A stretch of DNA of 64,000 nucleotides from Caecitellus pseudoparvulus. Taxonomy: Eukaryota; Protista; Bigyra: Bicosoecida. Below, in pieces: positions 1 through 10,610 of this stretch. A program made the position numbers and the translations under genes. The stretch's first letter is position 1, and every line of letters starts with the position of its first letter. The stretch spans positions 124,001 to 188,000 of the forward strand of contig CBFFRQ010000020.1 of the NCBI GenBank assembly GCA_965644315.1, written 5' to 3'. The notes beneath the pieces are model-generated. The model was given only the letters and a program-made list of their open reading frames with translations, was not told where the DNA came from and did not search any database.

Positions 1-1065
1 GGGCAGCTGCTGCGGCATCCAGCGCAGAAATGGCCCCGTACGTGTGGAGCAGTGCAGTTATGGCCGAAATGGGGTTGCAGAGTCCTGTAATGTTGCTAGC
101 AACAGCAAAAACTCCAATACGAAGCCGCATGGATGCTGCAGCCGAGCTGATGGTGCATCGCTGCCGGCGAGCCTGTTCTAGTGGCGCGGTGCTGGCAAGA
201 GGTCCATCCTCCACTCTGATCTTGGCTTCGACTGCCAGCGCAGTGCTGGCTGCGGCTGCCGCCCGAGCTGCAACAGCCTTGCGTGTGGCGAGTGGTACAG
301 CCCAGACACCGTCAACTGCAGCTTTGATCGCGGCTTCTATGGCTTGGCGGGTGGCAACGGTGGCCCCGTCGATGTCTTCTAGGGGAGTGCCTTCGACCGC
401 CAGGGGGTCTGGGCCGACTCCCCATGAAGCAAGCAAGGCGGCTTCAAGTGCTCCCAGATGCACACCCCCATCAAGGGCCTCCGGCAAGATGATCACCTCA
501 GCTCCTGCTTCCCTCCAGCCTAGGAGGGAGCTGTGGTGGGAGTACGGCCCAGCCAATACGAGGGGCGGACCCATCTCGGCAGATGCCGGCACGGAGAGGG
601 AGTGCTGCAAGAGGGCCATGCCGGCAGTGGCACCGGCACCAGCGAACAGAACAACGTCCTGTGGACCCGCGCCAACTGCGCTGGCGACCATCTCCCGCGC
701 CTCCTCCCTGAACGCAGTTGTTTGGAAGCCCGTCTGACTGTGAGGTGAGTGCGTGTTTGCGTAAGTGGGCGCCACCTCCTCCTGCAGGTACCGCTCAATG
801 AACTCCAGTGGCTTGCCCGAGGCCGTGTAGTCAAGGTATATTTGTCGCCGTATGCCGAAGGGCGTTTGAAGGGCACTCTGTGCAAGTGGGCGGGTGCGAT
901 GCAGCAATCCTCAAGGAAGAGCCAGGCGCTGGCTCCACGTACGTTCTCGCCAACCACGCTTGCATGCACATGCTCAATGAGGCTCAAAGTATGCACATCT
1001 TGGGATGCATCGGTGGCGGTGACGTCCTGCCCGCCCGCAGCTGTGGCTGCAGGCCCGTCGCTCAT
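1..1065 (-). CDS. Class V PLP-dependent aminotransferase / cysteine desulfurase-like protein (3' end outside window)
   Basis: After removing a GT..AG intron at 878-942, the frame reads SVVGEN|SALQTPFGIRRQIYLDYTASGKPLEFIERYLQEEVAPTYANTH..TGFQTTAFREEAREMV..GPYSHHSSLLGWRE..ASNITG..DAAAAA. These are the motifs of the Aminotran_5 (SufS-like) family. The frame stays open to the window edge. Confidence 0.85.
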
Positions 1066-1555
1066 GCTGGCACAGAATCCGTGGCTGCGTTTCAGGTCGA
1101 AACTCGACACCCGCGTGCCCTCGCGCAGCGTGCGCAGTGAAGCTCAGACGTTGAAAAGTCTTCACTGCAAGTCAATGCACCATGAACATAGGCTCATCTG
1201 TTGCGAGCCTCTGTGGAGTCGTCTGCCACCCTGAACGGGTGTGGGGCTTGGAGGATTTCGATTGGCGCTGGTGATGCTTCCGTGCCAGCAGGAAAGGCAG
1301 CGAGGACAGCGTGGAAGTGCACAAGCGGCCTGCCCAGTCAGCGCACACTCCCATCCTTGCATTCCTTTGCTGCATTTTGTGTGGCCCCCTGCTTGTGCAC
1401 TTTGGCTGTGCAGGCCGGTTCCCAGCTCAGGAACGCCGCCAATCAAGAGGCCCTTCAAGGAGCCGGGCGACAACACCATGCCTTGGTAGAGTCGAGCCTC
1501 AGAACCAACCAATGTTCGCAGTGCTGCCCTGCAAACATGGCAGGTTGCTGCTCTC

Positions 1556-2710
1556 TCATTCGCCGCTGCCTTCCCCCGCACCCTGGCCATCGTGCGCAGC
1601 GCCAGCGCCGGCGGCCACACGCTCCTTGCGCTCACGTGCTGCGACACTGCGCATGGCTGCCCGCCCTGTGGTGCAGGTGGTGTTGCAACCACACCGCTCG
1701 CACAGCGGGTTGCGGGGCTTGCAGGTCTGCTGGCCGAAGCCGACGAGGAGCAAGTTCACCTCCTCCCACAGGGGTCGAGGCAGCCACTCCTCCAGCGCCG
1801 CCCGGGTGGCCTCTGGAGTTTTCGTGGGTTTGCGCACCCACTTGAGGCGGTTGGCGATGCGGTGCACGTGCACATCCACCCCGATGCCGTCGCACTGGCC
1901 CCATGCGGCGGAGCGGCAGATGTACGCCATCTTGGGGCCCACACCCGGCAACTTGACCATGTCCTCCACCGTGGGGGGGATGTCCCCCCCGTACTCCTGC
2001 ACGCAAATTGCCGCGGCGCGAGTGAGGTACTCCCCCTTCCGGCGGTAAAAGCCCACTGGGTAGATGATCTTGCTGATGTCAGCGGCAGGCGTGTCGGCGA
2101 TGTGTTGGGGCGTCAGGCCGAACTCTTGCAGACGCTTCACAGCGGCGCCCGTGACTTCGTCCTTGGTCTGGCTGCTCAGCATGAGCGCGACGAGGATCTG
2201 GAAGCGCTGCACAGGCGCAGGCTCGCTGCGATCTGCGAGGGCTTCCGTGCCCATGCTGTCCACGGGCGCAGTCAGGTCACTGCGCATGTCCACGATGGCA
2301 TCGTACTGCGCTTGCCAGTCGTCGTGTGGCGCGGCGTCTGTCTCTGGCGCTCGACGCCAGACACTCAATTGCTTCCGCAAGGTGCTGGGAGGCGACTTGT
2401 CTCCAGGGGCCGCCCGCTCAGGCGTGGTGGGTGCGGAAATCGCTGCTTCGGCTCGTGACACCCCTGACGTGGTTTCTGGCTGTGCAGGTGCTGGCGGCCC
2501 TGATGCCACCAAGGATATATGTCCACGTCTACGCTTGGGCCCGTGCTGTGAAGGCGGGGTAGCTGTCTCCACGGCGGGCCCCGACACGCCCGGCTTCGGA
2601 GCACTTGAGCTGCCGTATGCAAAGGCAGCCAGCCCCTCTGTCCCCTGCACCGCCAGGGTGCGCTTGGCGCTGCGCCGACCAGATGCCATGATGGCTGCAA
2701 CACGGCGCAT
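1556..2710 (-). CDS. NTH1: Endonuclease III homolog (HhH-GPD DNA glycosylase/AP lyase with 4Fe-4S cluster)
   Basis: Motifs LMLSSQTKDEVT, YPVGFYRRK, HhH LPGVGPKMA, GIGVDVHVHRIANRL and the Fe-S motif CKPRNPLCERCGCNTTC. Start codon is uncertain (2710 or 2689). Confidence 0.95.
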   Translation of the reverse strand: MRRVAAIMASGRRSAKRTLAVQGTEGLAAFAYGSSSAPKPGVSGPAVETATPPSQHGPKRRRGHISLVASGPPAPAQPETTSGVSRAEAAISAPTTPERAAPGDKSPPSTLRKQLSVWRRAPETDAAPHDDWQAQYDAIVDMRSDLTAPVDSMGTEALADRSEPAPVQRFQILVALMLSSQTKDEVTGAAVKRLQEFGLTPQHIADTPAADISKIIYPVGFYRRKGEYLTRAAAICVQEYGGDIPPTVEDMVKLPGVGPKMAYICRSAAWGQCDGIGVDVHVHRIANRLKWVRKPTKTPEATRAALEEWLPRPLWEEVNLLLVGFGQQTCKPRNPLCERCGCNTTCTTGRAAMRSVAARERKERVAAGAGAAHDGQGAGEGSGE

Positions 2711-2791
2711 TCCACCAGCCGCTCCGTGCAAGCGCAGGGCACAGGAGTGTAGGAGGGGTCAGCAAGCGTTGTGGCGTGGCGCCTGCATTGC

Positions 2792-4416
2792 TCAGTCCCT
2801 CCAGTCGTCCTCGGTCACCATCGCACTGCGGTGCTGCATCTGCTGCGTGACGGGGTTGAACACCATGTTGTCAGTGTTGTACTTGACGCCGCTGTCGCTG
2901 AAGTCGAACATGCGGGGGGCGGCGTCACCGCCCACATCCCCCCCTCCCACCCGCCGCACCTTCCCGCGCGGCGACGCGCCACCTGCATCACTGCCTTCGC
3001 CGTCACTGCCCCCACCCTCCTCGTCCTCACCCACACCGTCCAGGCCCAGGGCGGCCAGGGCATCCTGCGAGCCGGCACCCCCCTCTGGCTCGGCAGGGTG
3101 AGCTCCCCTGCTGAAGGGGGCCGCGGCATCCCCCCCCTCTCCACCCCCCTCCACACCGTCGATTTTCCCTGCAGAGGCTGGGCCCAGGTCCACCTTCACC
3201 GGCTTCGGCTGCGCCTTGGACAGGGCGGCCGATGAGACATCGTGCATCACCCTCTCCAACAGGCCGGGTCCGGCCGCCGCAGACGACCCCTGGGCACCGC
3301 TCGGCGCACCCGCCGCCCCCAGCGCCGCCGACGCAGTCTGCACGAACTCCCACCCCGCCTCAGCCGCTCTGTGCTGCTCCAAGGTGCTCTGAGCGTGGCG
3401 CAGCCCTCCCAGCCTGGTTTCCAGGCCAGCCAAGGAGGCCTCTGCCGCTGCCAGCGCCGCCGCCACACCCTCCAACAGGGCACCCTCGGCGCACTCATTC
3501 TCAGCTGCCCACAGGCGCAGGGCCCGCAAGACGCCCTCGCCCCGCAGCCCCACCCCCCGCACAGCAGGGCCGGGGTTGGCGCAGTCGGCACTGCTCAGCC
3601 ACAGCCAGGGGGGCAGGGCGCCTGACGCGACGGCGGCTTCCCCCGCCTCCCCCACTTGCAGGCGCAGCTTGGCGTCTGCCAAGAGCGTTGTGAGGGGCGC
3701 CGCCAGGCCACCGGGGCGCTCGGCCTGGGGCGGCAAGGATTCGGGCAACGGCAGGGGGGGAGCAGGCTGCAGCAGGGGGGTGTCCAGGTCCCCCACAGGC
3801 ACCTGCGCGGGCGGTGCTGGCGTGCTGGCCTGCTCCGTGCCCGGGCCAGCGTGTGCCTGCGGCGAGTGCGTTGCACCCAGAGCGCTGCGGGCTTTGTCCA
3901 GGAAGCTGGCCGTGAAGAGGCGCCGCGTGGTCCACACGTCCACGACACGGGAGACAGACTTGGCCTTGCTGGGGTCAGCAGAGACAATGGCTCGAATGGT
4001 GTCTTTCATGAGCTGTGCAAGGCGCGTGAAGGGCACTCATACCGGGTGCAAGGCCAAATGCGAGGCCGCTCCGGGGACCTTCAAAATCCGCACGCACATT
4101 CCCAAACACCCGCACGAAGGCTTGCGTGCGCTTGTGGGTGCTCATCATCACGTCATGCGCGACATACAGCAGTGCCATTTTGCGTCCCGCGTCGACTTCA
4201 CTGAAGGCGCTCCGCCACAACTGCAGTGGGGAGGTGGCTGCGTGCAAAGGTGTGCTCGCAGCAGCTGGCCACGCGTGTCGCACGCACGTCGGCGATGAGG
4301 GAGGCATTGCCTTCCTTGGCCTGGATGTACTTGGAGGCGGTTTCAATGCTGGTCTGGTCTGCCTTCAGCCTCCGCAGCAGCTCCTTCACTTTGCGGTGGT
4401 CAATGCCGCCAGCCAT
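2792..4416 (-). CDS. RNA polymerase II CTD-interacting domain (CID) protein, RPRD1/Rtt103-like
   Basis: Spliced CID: LKADQTSIETAS..IAD|LWRSAF..RKMALLYVAHDVMM..F..N|LMKDTI..VSRVVDVWTTRRLF. Introns at 4221-4287 and 4013-4097, both GTGCGT..CAG. A coiled-coil and an acidic tail follow. Confidence 0.8.
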
Positions 4417-4658
4417 GCTCAGTCTCGAGAGAGAGGGTTCCGCGCCGCGCAGCTTCGCAAGTGGGGGCAGTCGGCAAAATCCCTATACCAGCGCGGACCG
4501 AGATGGCCGAAGTACTTCGCTTTCGCGGCTGGGTTGTGTTGTGTCACTACCTTTCTGCTGCGCAGGCCAGGGAGGTATGGCTGCCAAGGCCGGCTTGGGC
4601 ACGGTGGGCAGCTACAGGGTGCGTCAACGCTCCCCTTGCACAATGCCTGGTCGCCGGC
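4417..4658. promoter_or_regulatory. Probable bidirectional promoter between the CID gene and the SET gene
   Basis: Head-to-head start codons about 240 nt apart. Position only; no motif was identified. Confidence 0.45.
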
Positions 4659-5456
4659 ATGACACAGCTATCGTTCTTGACTTCTCAGAGCATTGACAGG
4701 CGCGAACTTCCCGATGGTTCGACGGCTGACGATGTGCTGGTGCTCAAATGGCCGGAGCATGGTTGCCTGACCAAATACCGCAGCACCACGGTACTGTACG
4801 ACGAGCAGGGCCGCCTGCCAGCATGGGCAGTGGAAACGGATGCAGGCTTTCCCCTCTATGAGTGCAATGCTTCCTGTTCCTGCCCCTCGAGTTGTAGCCA
4901 AAGACTGGTGCAGCATCCGGCCACTGCCGACGTGGAGGTGCGAGACTGCGGCAAGGCAGGGTACGGCTTGGTCACCCTGTCCGCCCTGCCTGCAGGGGCC
5001 TTTGTCGTGGAATACACGGGAGTCATCGTGTCCAGCTCCACGGAGCCTTTACAGGGGGAGGGTGGGCATTCGTACCACGTGTCCTTCACGGAGTCGTGGG
5101 CGCAGCGCGGCGGCGGGGTGAAGCAGCTGACGACGTGCATCGAAGCGGCCGAGGCAGGCAACGCCGCGCGCTTCATCAACCACTCCTGCGACCCGAACTG
5201 CATTTTGCTCCCTGTGCGCGTCAACTCTCACATTCCCCACCTGTGCGTCTTCACGCGGCAGCCTGTGCCTGCAGGGGCAGAGTTGACCATGCACTATGGT
5301 GCGGGTGTGGAAACGCAGCAGGCGGCGGCGGCGGGCTGCACCACGGAGGGTCAGGCCCCCCACCGGCCGTGCCACTGTGGCGCACAGGCATGTAGTGGCT
5401 TTCTCCCGACCAAACTTGGCCCTGCACGTGTCAAGCAGCAGGCGGCAGACGGGTGA
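4659..5456 (+). CDS. SET-domain lysine methyltransferase (pre-SET/SET/post-SET, SETMAR/SUV39-like)
   Basis: Motifs YECNASCSCPSSCSQR, GYGL, FVVEYTG, GNAARFINHSCDPN, ELTMHYG and post-SET CHCGAQACSGFL. Confidence 0.9.
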   Translation: MTQLSFLTSQSIDRRELPDGSTADDVLVLKWPEHGCLTKYRSTTVLYDEQGRLPAWAVETDAGFPLYECNASCSCPSSCSQRLVQHPATADVEVRDCGKAGYGLVTLSALPAGAFVVEYTGVIVSSSTEPLQGEGGHSYHVSFTESWAQRGGGVKQLTTCIEAAEAGNAARFINHSCDPNCILLPVRVNSHIPHLCVFTRQPVPAGAELTMHYGAGVETQQAAAAGCTTEGQAPHRPCHCGAQACSGFLPTKLGPARVKQQAADG

Positions 5457-8400
5457 GGAAGGTGGCAGTGTCACGTGCTGTGTGGGCGGCGGCCGCGTTG
5501 CGCAGCGTCGGAGACACCGCCCTGGGCGAGCCCGGCAAGGGGTGTCCCTCACGCAGAGCCTGCCCTGCAAGCAGAGCCTGTTGTTTGGAGCGCTGCAGGG
5601 CACTGATGGAGCCCTTGGCCTTGCGTTTGCGCTGCGCGTGGGCCAGAGCCTTGGCAAGCCCTGCCGTCAACACGCCGCCCGCCAGAGACCTTGGCGCGCG
5701 CGAATGCGCCTGCACCAAGGCACACGCGTCCTCCCACGTGTACCTCGTGGGCCCTTGACTGCCACTGGGCAGGTCACTGTCTTCCCGCCGCGCTTCGCCC
5801 GGCGCTGGGCTGGCGTGGGTGGCGGCGTTGGCGCTGGGCGGGCGGGGGGCACTGCCGCCCGGCGTGCTGGTGGTGCTGACATCCCGCCCACCCGGGTGCA
5901 CGACGCCCTCACCACCCCCACCGTACACATCTGGCAGCACCAAGGGCAGGGGAGTGTACACCGACGCCCGCCCACTGGCCACCGCTGCCACGTGGGCCTG
6001 TGCCGCCAGCAGGCAGTTTGCAGCGGTGTCCAGGAGTTGCGCTGGGCGGGCGTGGGAGGAGGCGCGTGCCAGGGCCAGGGCGTCCTGGTTCGCACCTCGC
6101 TCACTGCCCACGGCGGGTGCAGTGCGGCTGGTCAGCACTTGCACCGCGCCCAGCAGCGTGCCGCACCCACCTGCCAGCAGCTGGGGGGGGTCTGCGCTTG
6201 GCTTGCTGGCGGGGTCTGCCGCGCCCAGCCGCCGCACGGTGTCGTCCAGCAGGGCGCCCAGGTGGCTGGAAGCGGCGAAGCCGGTGACACCCCCTCCCTG
6301 CAGCGGCTCCAGCAGCTGCCTCGCGACGCCCGCCACCACCTCGCTGTGTCTAGGGGGTGTGTGCGGCGGCCCAGCCAGGGGCGGCCGCTGTGCATCCGGC
6401 CCAGGCGGCGCAGGCAGCTCCAGCGCAGCGCCCGGGAACATGTGGTTGTGCAGGGCTTGCGCCGCCAGAGCCAGGGTGGTGAAGGCCTCCTCCTCAGCAG
6501 ACACTGGGCGCTGTCCGAGGCGGCGCTGGATCATGTGCTGGCGCTGGGCAGGGGTGGCCACGGGGGGGACATCCGGGGTGCGGGGGCGGGGTCCCTTGCG
6601 CACGACCACCTCCCCCGTCTCGGGGTCCAGGGCGGAGGTCAGGCGCCGCTCCCGGGCGGCAGCCGCCCGTGCCTCAGCCACGCGGGCCCGGTGCTGGTTG
6701 TCCAGTGCTGCGTCCACTGCCCTGGCAGCCGCCGCCTCCTGCGCCTCCACCTGGCCCACCAGCGCCGCGTGGGCCTGGCCCAGACACGCTCGCAGCAGGG
6801 CATGCAGCAGCTCCTTCACGGAGGTGAGGTGTCCTGCACCTGCAGCCTTGTGCAGGGGGGTCCACCCCCGCCCGTTCGCCGCGTCCAGCACGGCGCCCGG
6901 GCTCAGGCACAGCAGGCGCAGCAGCATGGCATGGCCCGCCTCCGCCGCGTCGTGGAGGGGCGTGTCCCCGAAGCTGTCAGGGGCGGACACGCTGCCCCCT
7001 GCCGCGCTCAGCAGCTTGCTGGTGCGGATGTGCCCCCGCCATGCCGCCACATGCAGCGGCGTCACGCCCACGGCTGGCGTGGCGATGGTGGGGCGCACGC
7101 CTGCCTGCAGCAGCATGAGCACCGCGTCGTCGTCGCCGTTGGCGGCTGCGCTGTGCAGGGCGGTGTACCCGAAGGCGGCGGGGTTGTGCCAGGTGGGGCT
7201 GCCCCGCCCCGAGCACAGGCACGCCCGCAGACGCCGCAGGTTTCCCTGCGCCGCCGCACGCCACAGCTGGCGGCTGTGCTTGGCCTTCAGCCCCGCTATG
7301 GTGCTCAGCAGAGCCTGGTGCTCAGCCTTGCGCTGCAGCTCCTGGGCGTTGCGGGCGGCCTCCGCCGCCGCCTCGACGTCGGCATCCGGGGACGGCGCGT
7401 CGTCATCCGCCTCTCCCCCTTTCGGGCCAGGGGAAGCTTGTGCCCCCTGGAGCCCCCCTGTGTCGTCCTTACCGGGATCGGGGCCGGTGCCGGCGTGCGA
7501 ACGGCCCAGTTTCCGCACCCCCGTCAAGGACGCCGCCGCGGGGCCCAGCAGTTCCCGGTCGAAGTACCGCCCCACCATGAGAGCCATGGAGTACTCAGCA
7601 GCCTGCATGGCTTGCAGGGAGTAGGACTTGCCTGTGGCCCGGTCGGTGTACACGGCAGTCGTGGGGTGCCGCACGAAGCGGCGGTCCCAGCCCACTGTGG
7701 GGGGGGCGGCGGCGCCGGTGTCTGGGTCGTGCAGCGTGTGCCGGGGGATGGGGGGGTTGTGGGGGAAACGAGCCCCCCCCTCCTCTTCCTCATCACCCCC
7801 CTCCTCCAGCACCGAGCTCGTGCGCAGGGTGCTGTCCGCCACCCATGAGGGGCTGGGACCCGGAACAAGTGTTCTGACAGACCTTGCTGACCGGAGGGGC
7901 GACGCAGCGTCTGTGGGCCGAGGGCTGCGCCGCGGACTGGAGGGGGGCGTCAACAAGCCCCCCCCTCCCTCCCCTGAGAAGGTAAAGGTGTCCCCCCCAC
8001 CGCGTTGGCGCCCCTGCAGGCTGGAGGATGAGGCGGCAGAGCTGCCTGACGGCAGGCGGCGCAGGCGGGGAGAGTGAGGGGGGGAGCCCCCCCACGCGGC
8101 AACGCTGGCGGCAGACCGGGTGAGGTTGGTCAGCGCGGGCACTGTGCTGGAGGCAGGGGTGGTGGAGGGGGGCGGTACGCCCGGGGGCGTGGGCCTGGGC
8201 ACGCTGTGCCACAGCGTCGCCACGTCCAGCGGCAGCAGGCCTTCCACAGTTCGCAGGCAGGGGTCGGCGCCAGCCGCGACCAGCTCCGCTGCGACCTCCG
8301 GCGACCCGTGCCCCGCGACCTGGTGCAGCAGCGTGCGCCCCTCCCCGTCCGGCTCGTTCAGCAGTGCTGCCAACTGGGGCGTGTACTCTGGCGGCGCGGC

Positions 8401-9299
8401 GCGGGGGGGCGGCGGGTCACGGGGCGGAGGCAATCCAGACACCTCAGCCCCCCACCCGCGCAGGGCAGCGACGAGGGCGGGGTGGTCGCTGGCCAGGGCT
8501 GCCCTGCGCACCTTGCTGGGCCATGGCTCCTGCTGCATGCTGGCACTCTCTGCGACGAAGCGTTCGAAGGTGTTGGCAGTGGCCTCTGCCTCTTGTTTGA
8601 GGGTCGCGGCGACCTGCCTCGCGTGCTCGGCTGCGGCCGCCTGTGCGAAGATGGCGGCACCAGCGGCCCGGCGCTTGGCGAGAAGTGTGGCAGCCGCATT
8701 GCGCTTGACGAGCAGGCTGGACCAGGTGTAATCGGGGACCGTGCGGCCCGGCGCGGCGTCGGTGAGCTCCACTGGGAATCGCTCGCGCAGGGTGGACAGG
8801 ACATCTTTCACGCGAGTGTGCCGGCGGCGCTGCAGCCAGGATAGGTCAGAGGGGTCAATGGTGAGGCCTGCTGTGGAAGAAGCCTGCAAAGGCGTGCCAG
8901 GGGTGCCCGTGTAGGCGAGGGTTGGGGTGTGTGGGCGGGACTGTGCTCACGCACTGGTTGCTTGGCAGCCTCCGTCGCTCTGCGACGTGCCTCTGCCTTG
9001 CGCTGTGTAGACGTTTTGAAGACGCATTCGTCCCCCTCGTCCACGGGGCGCTGCTTGGGCATGTCCTCTGGTGCCACGTGGATGCTGTGCTCCTTCCAGC
9101 GCCCGCGAGCCACCAGTGTGCGCCGCAGGGCAGCTGGAGACGTGTCCACCCCTCGCATGAGGCGAGCCTCTGCAGCCGGCGAAAGGGGCGCTGGCGCTGT
9201 GGAGGGGGGGCGTGGGGAGCCCCCTGCCTGGCCCGTCGGGCCAGGCAGGCTCAAATGCAAACTCCTTCGCGGCATGCTTGCGCGGAAGGGGTGCGGCAT
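5431..9299 (-). CDS. Ankyrin-repeat protein (~1260 aa)
   Basis: Ankyrin repeats GRTLLHQVA, GYTALHSAA, GVTPLHVAA, GDTPLHDAA, GWTPLHKAA. A 5' exon joins through an intron at 8884-8954 (GTGCGT..TTGCAG). Start codon is uncertain. Confidence 0.8.
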
Positions 9300-9361
9300 T
9301 CTCGCGCCGACAAGGCGGTGGGCTGCGGGTTTTGCCACGGCACCGGTGCTGTGCCTGGGAC

Positions 9362-10280
9362 ATGGCCGCCGAAGGCGCACCGACCACGGGGGGTGCCAAG
9401 CGGCCCCGCGATGCTAGGCGTGGACCCTTGAGCTCCAAGAAACAGCGGAAGGAACCGCATGTCGAGGGGCGATGGCCGGTGTTGGTACACATCCCCTTGC
9501 CCAGCGCCTCCGTCGCGGAAATTGATGCCGCTACAGAGCCGCTCTTACCCTGCCTCTCCTCTGAGCACACGCACACTTGGCACAGCACGGGGGGCGAGTT
9601 TTCCTCTGCCAGCATGCATGTCAGTCTATCTCGTGTCCTGTATGTGTGGGAAGCCGCCCTGCCCGGCTTCACACAGCGTGTGGCCGCAGCGCTGGGCGAG
9701 CCAGGAGGTCAGCGCCAGTTCACTGCTGCGCTGCAGGGCGGCCGCATCCTCCCAGGCGAGGGCGGGGCTTCCTCGTTCTTGGCCGCCACCTTCACGCCCC
9801 ATGCGGCAGCGTGCGTGGGCAAGCTCATCGCCGCTGTGGATGAAGTGTGCAGGGCTTGCGGGCAGCCGTCATACCACACGGTGCGTCAGGCCGGCCCCTG
9901 CTGTCCCCAGCACCGCTGTGCAGTTCCCGCACCCCACCCGCCGCATGAAACCACCTCCACAGAACCCCCTGCCCCATGTTTCTGTCGCCTGGGCTCAGGG
10001 CGACGCGTGCGAACTGTGGCCGGGCCCTGGCAGCAGCGTGACTGTGCCTGCCGGACACGCACAGTCCCAGGCCTTGGTCACCTACAGCAGTAGCAGCAGC
10101 AGCAGTGATGATGAAGGGGAGAAGTGCGGGCACGATTTCAGGGGGGCTGTTGCCAGTGGCACATTGAAGGCTGCTGTGGGCGGCTGGGAGGCGGCCGTTG
10201 CAGACATCTCCTGGACTGTGCAGGAGGTAGCCATCCGGGTCGGGCGCCACACCAAGAAGCGCGTCCAGCTGCCTGCTTAG
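9362..10280 (+). CDS. USB1: U6 snRNA phosphodiesterase (2H phosphoesterase, Usb1/Mpn1)
   Basis: N-terminal PHVEGRWP motif and two HxS motifs (MHVSLSR and PHVSVAW), joined by an intron at 9881-9962. Confidence 0.85.
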
Positions 10281-10610
10281 TCGAACAAAACACACCCTAG
10301 ACATCCAAACCACCTCCACCCTGCATCGCATGCTGCTGCGCAGGCTCACCTGCTCGTCTCCAGCCTGCAGGCGTCCCTGGCGAATCCTGCGAAGCTGCGC
10401 AGGGCCAGGAATTTCACCAGCTCACGAAGGCGGTTTCCGTCGCTGGAAACGCGCGCTAAGCGGCAACTTCCCTCGATTCACGGACAGTGCTCATCGAAAG
10501 ACGTCTTGCTTGACGGCAACCAGTTAATTTAGCCCAGCTCAAACGTCAGGCGGCGCTTCCCTCAGCAGGCGCATCGATTTCCGCATTCCGCACCCCTGGC
10601 CACGATCAGC

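Noticed and set aside
4659-5456. SETMAR-like gene as a possible mariner transposase fusion
   Set aside because: The ORF ends right after the post-SET motif, with no transposase domain or terminal inverted repeats.
10281-10610. Possible cobalamin riboswitch or RFX X-box upstream of nrdJ
   Set aside because: Only a 6-bp hairpin (GTTTCC/GGAAAC) and GGCAAC half-sites are present; there is no B12-box architecture or full X-box.
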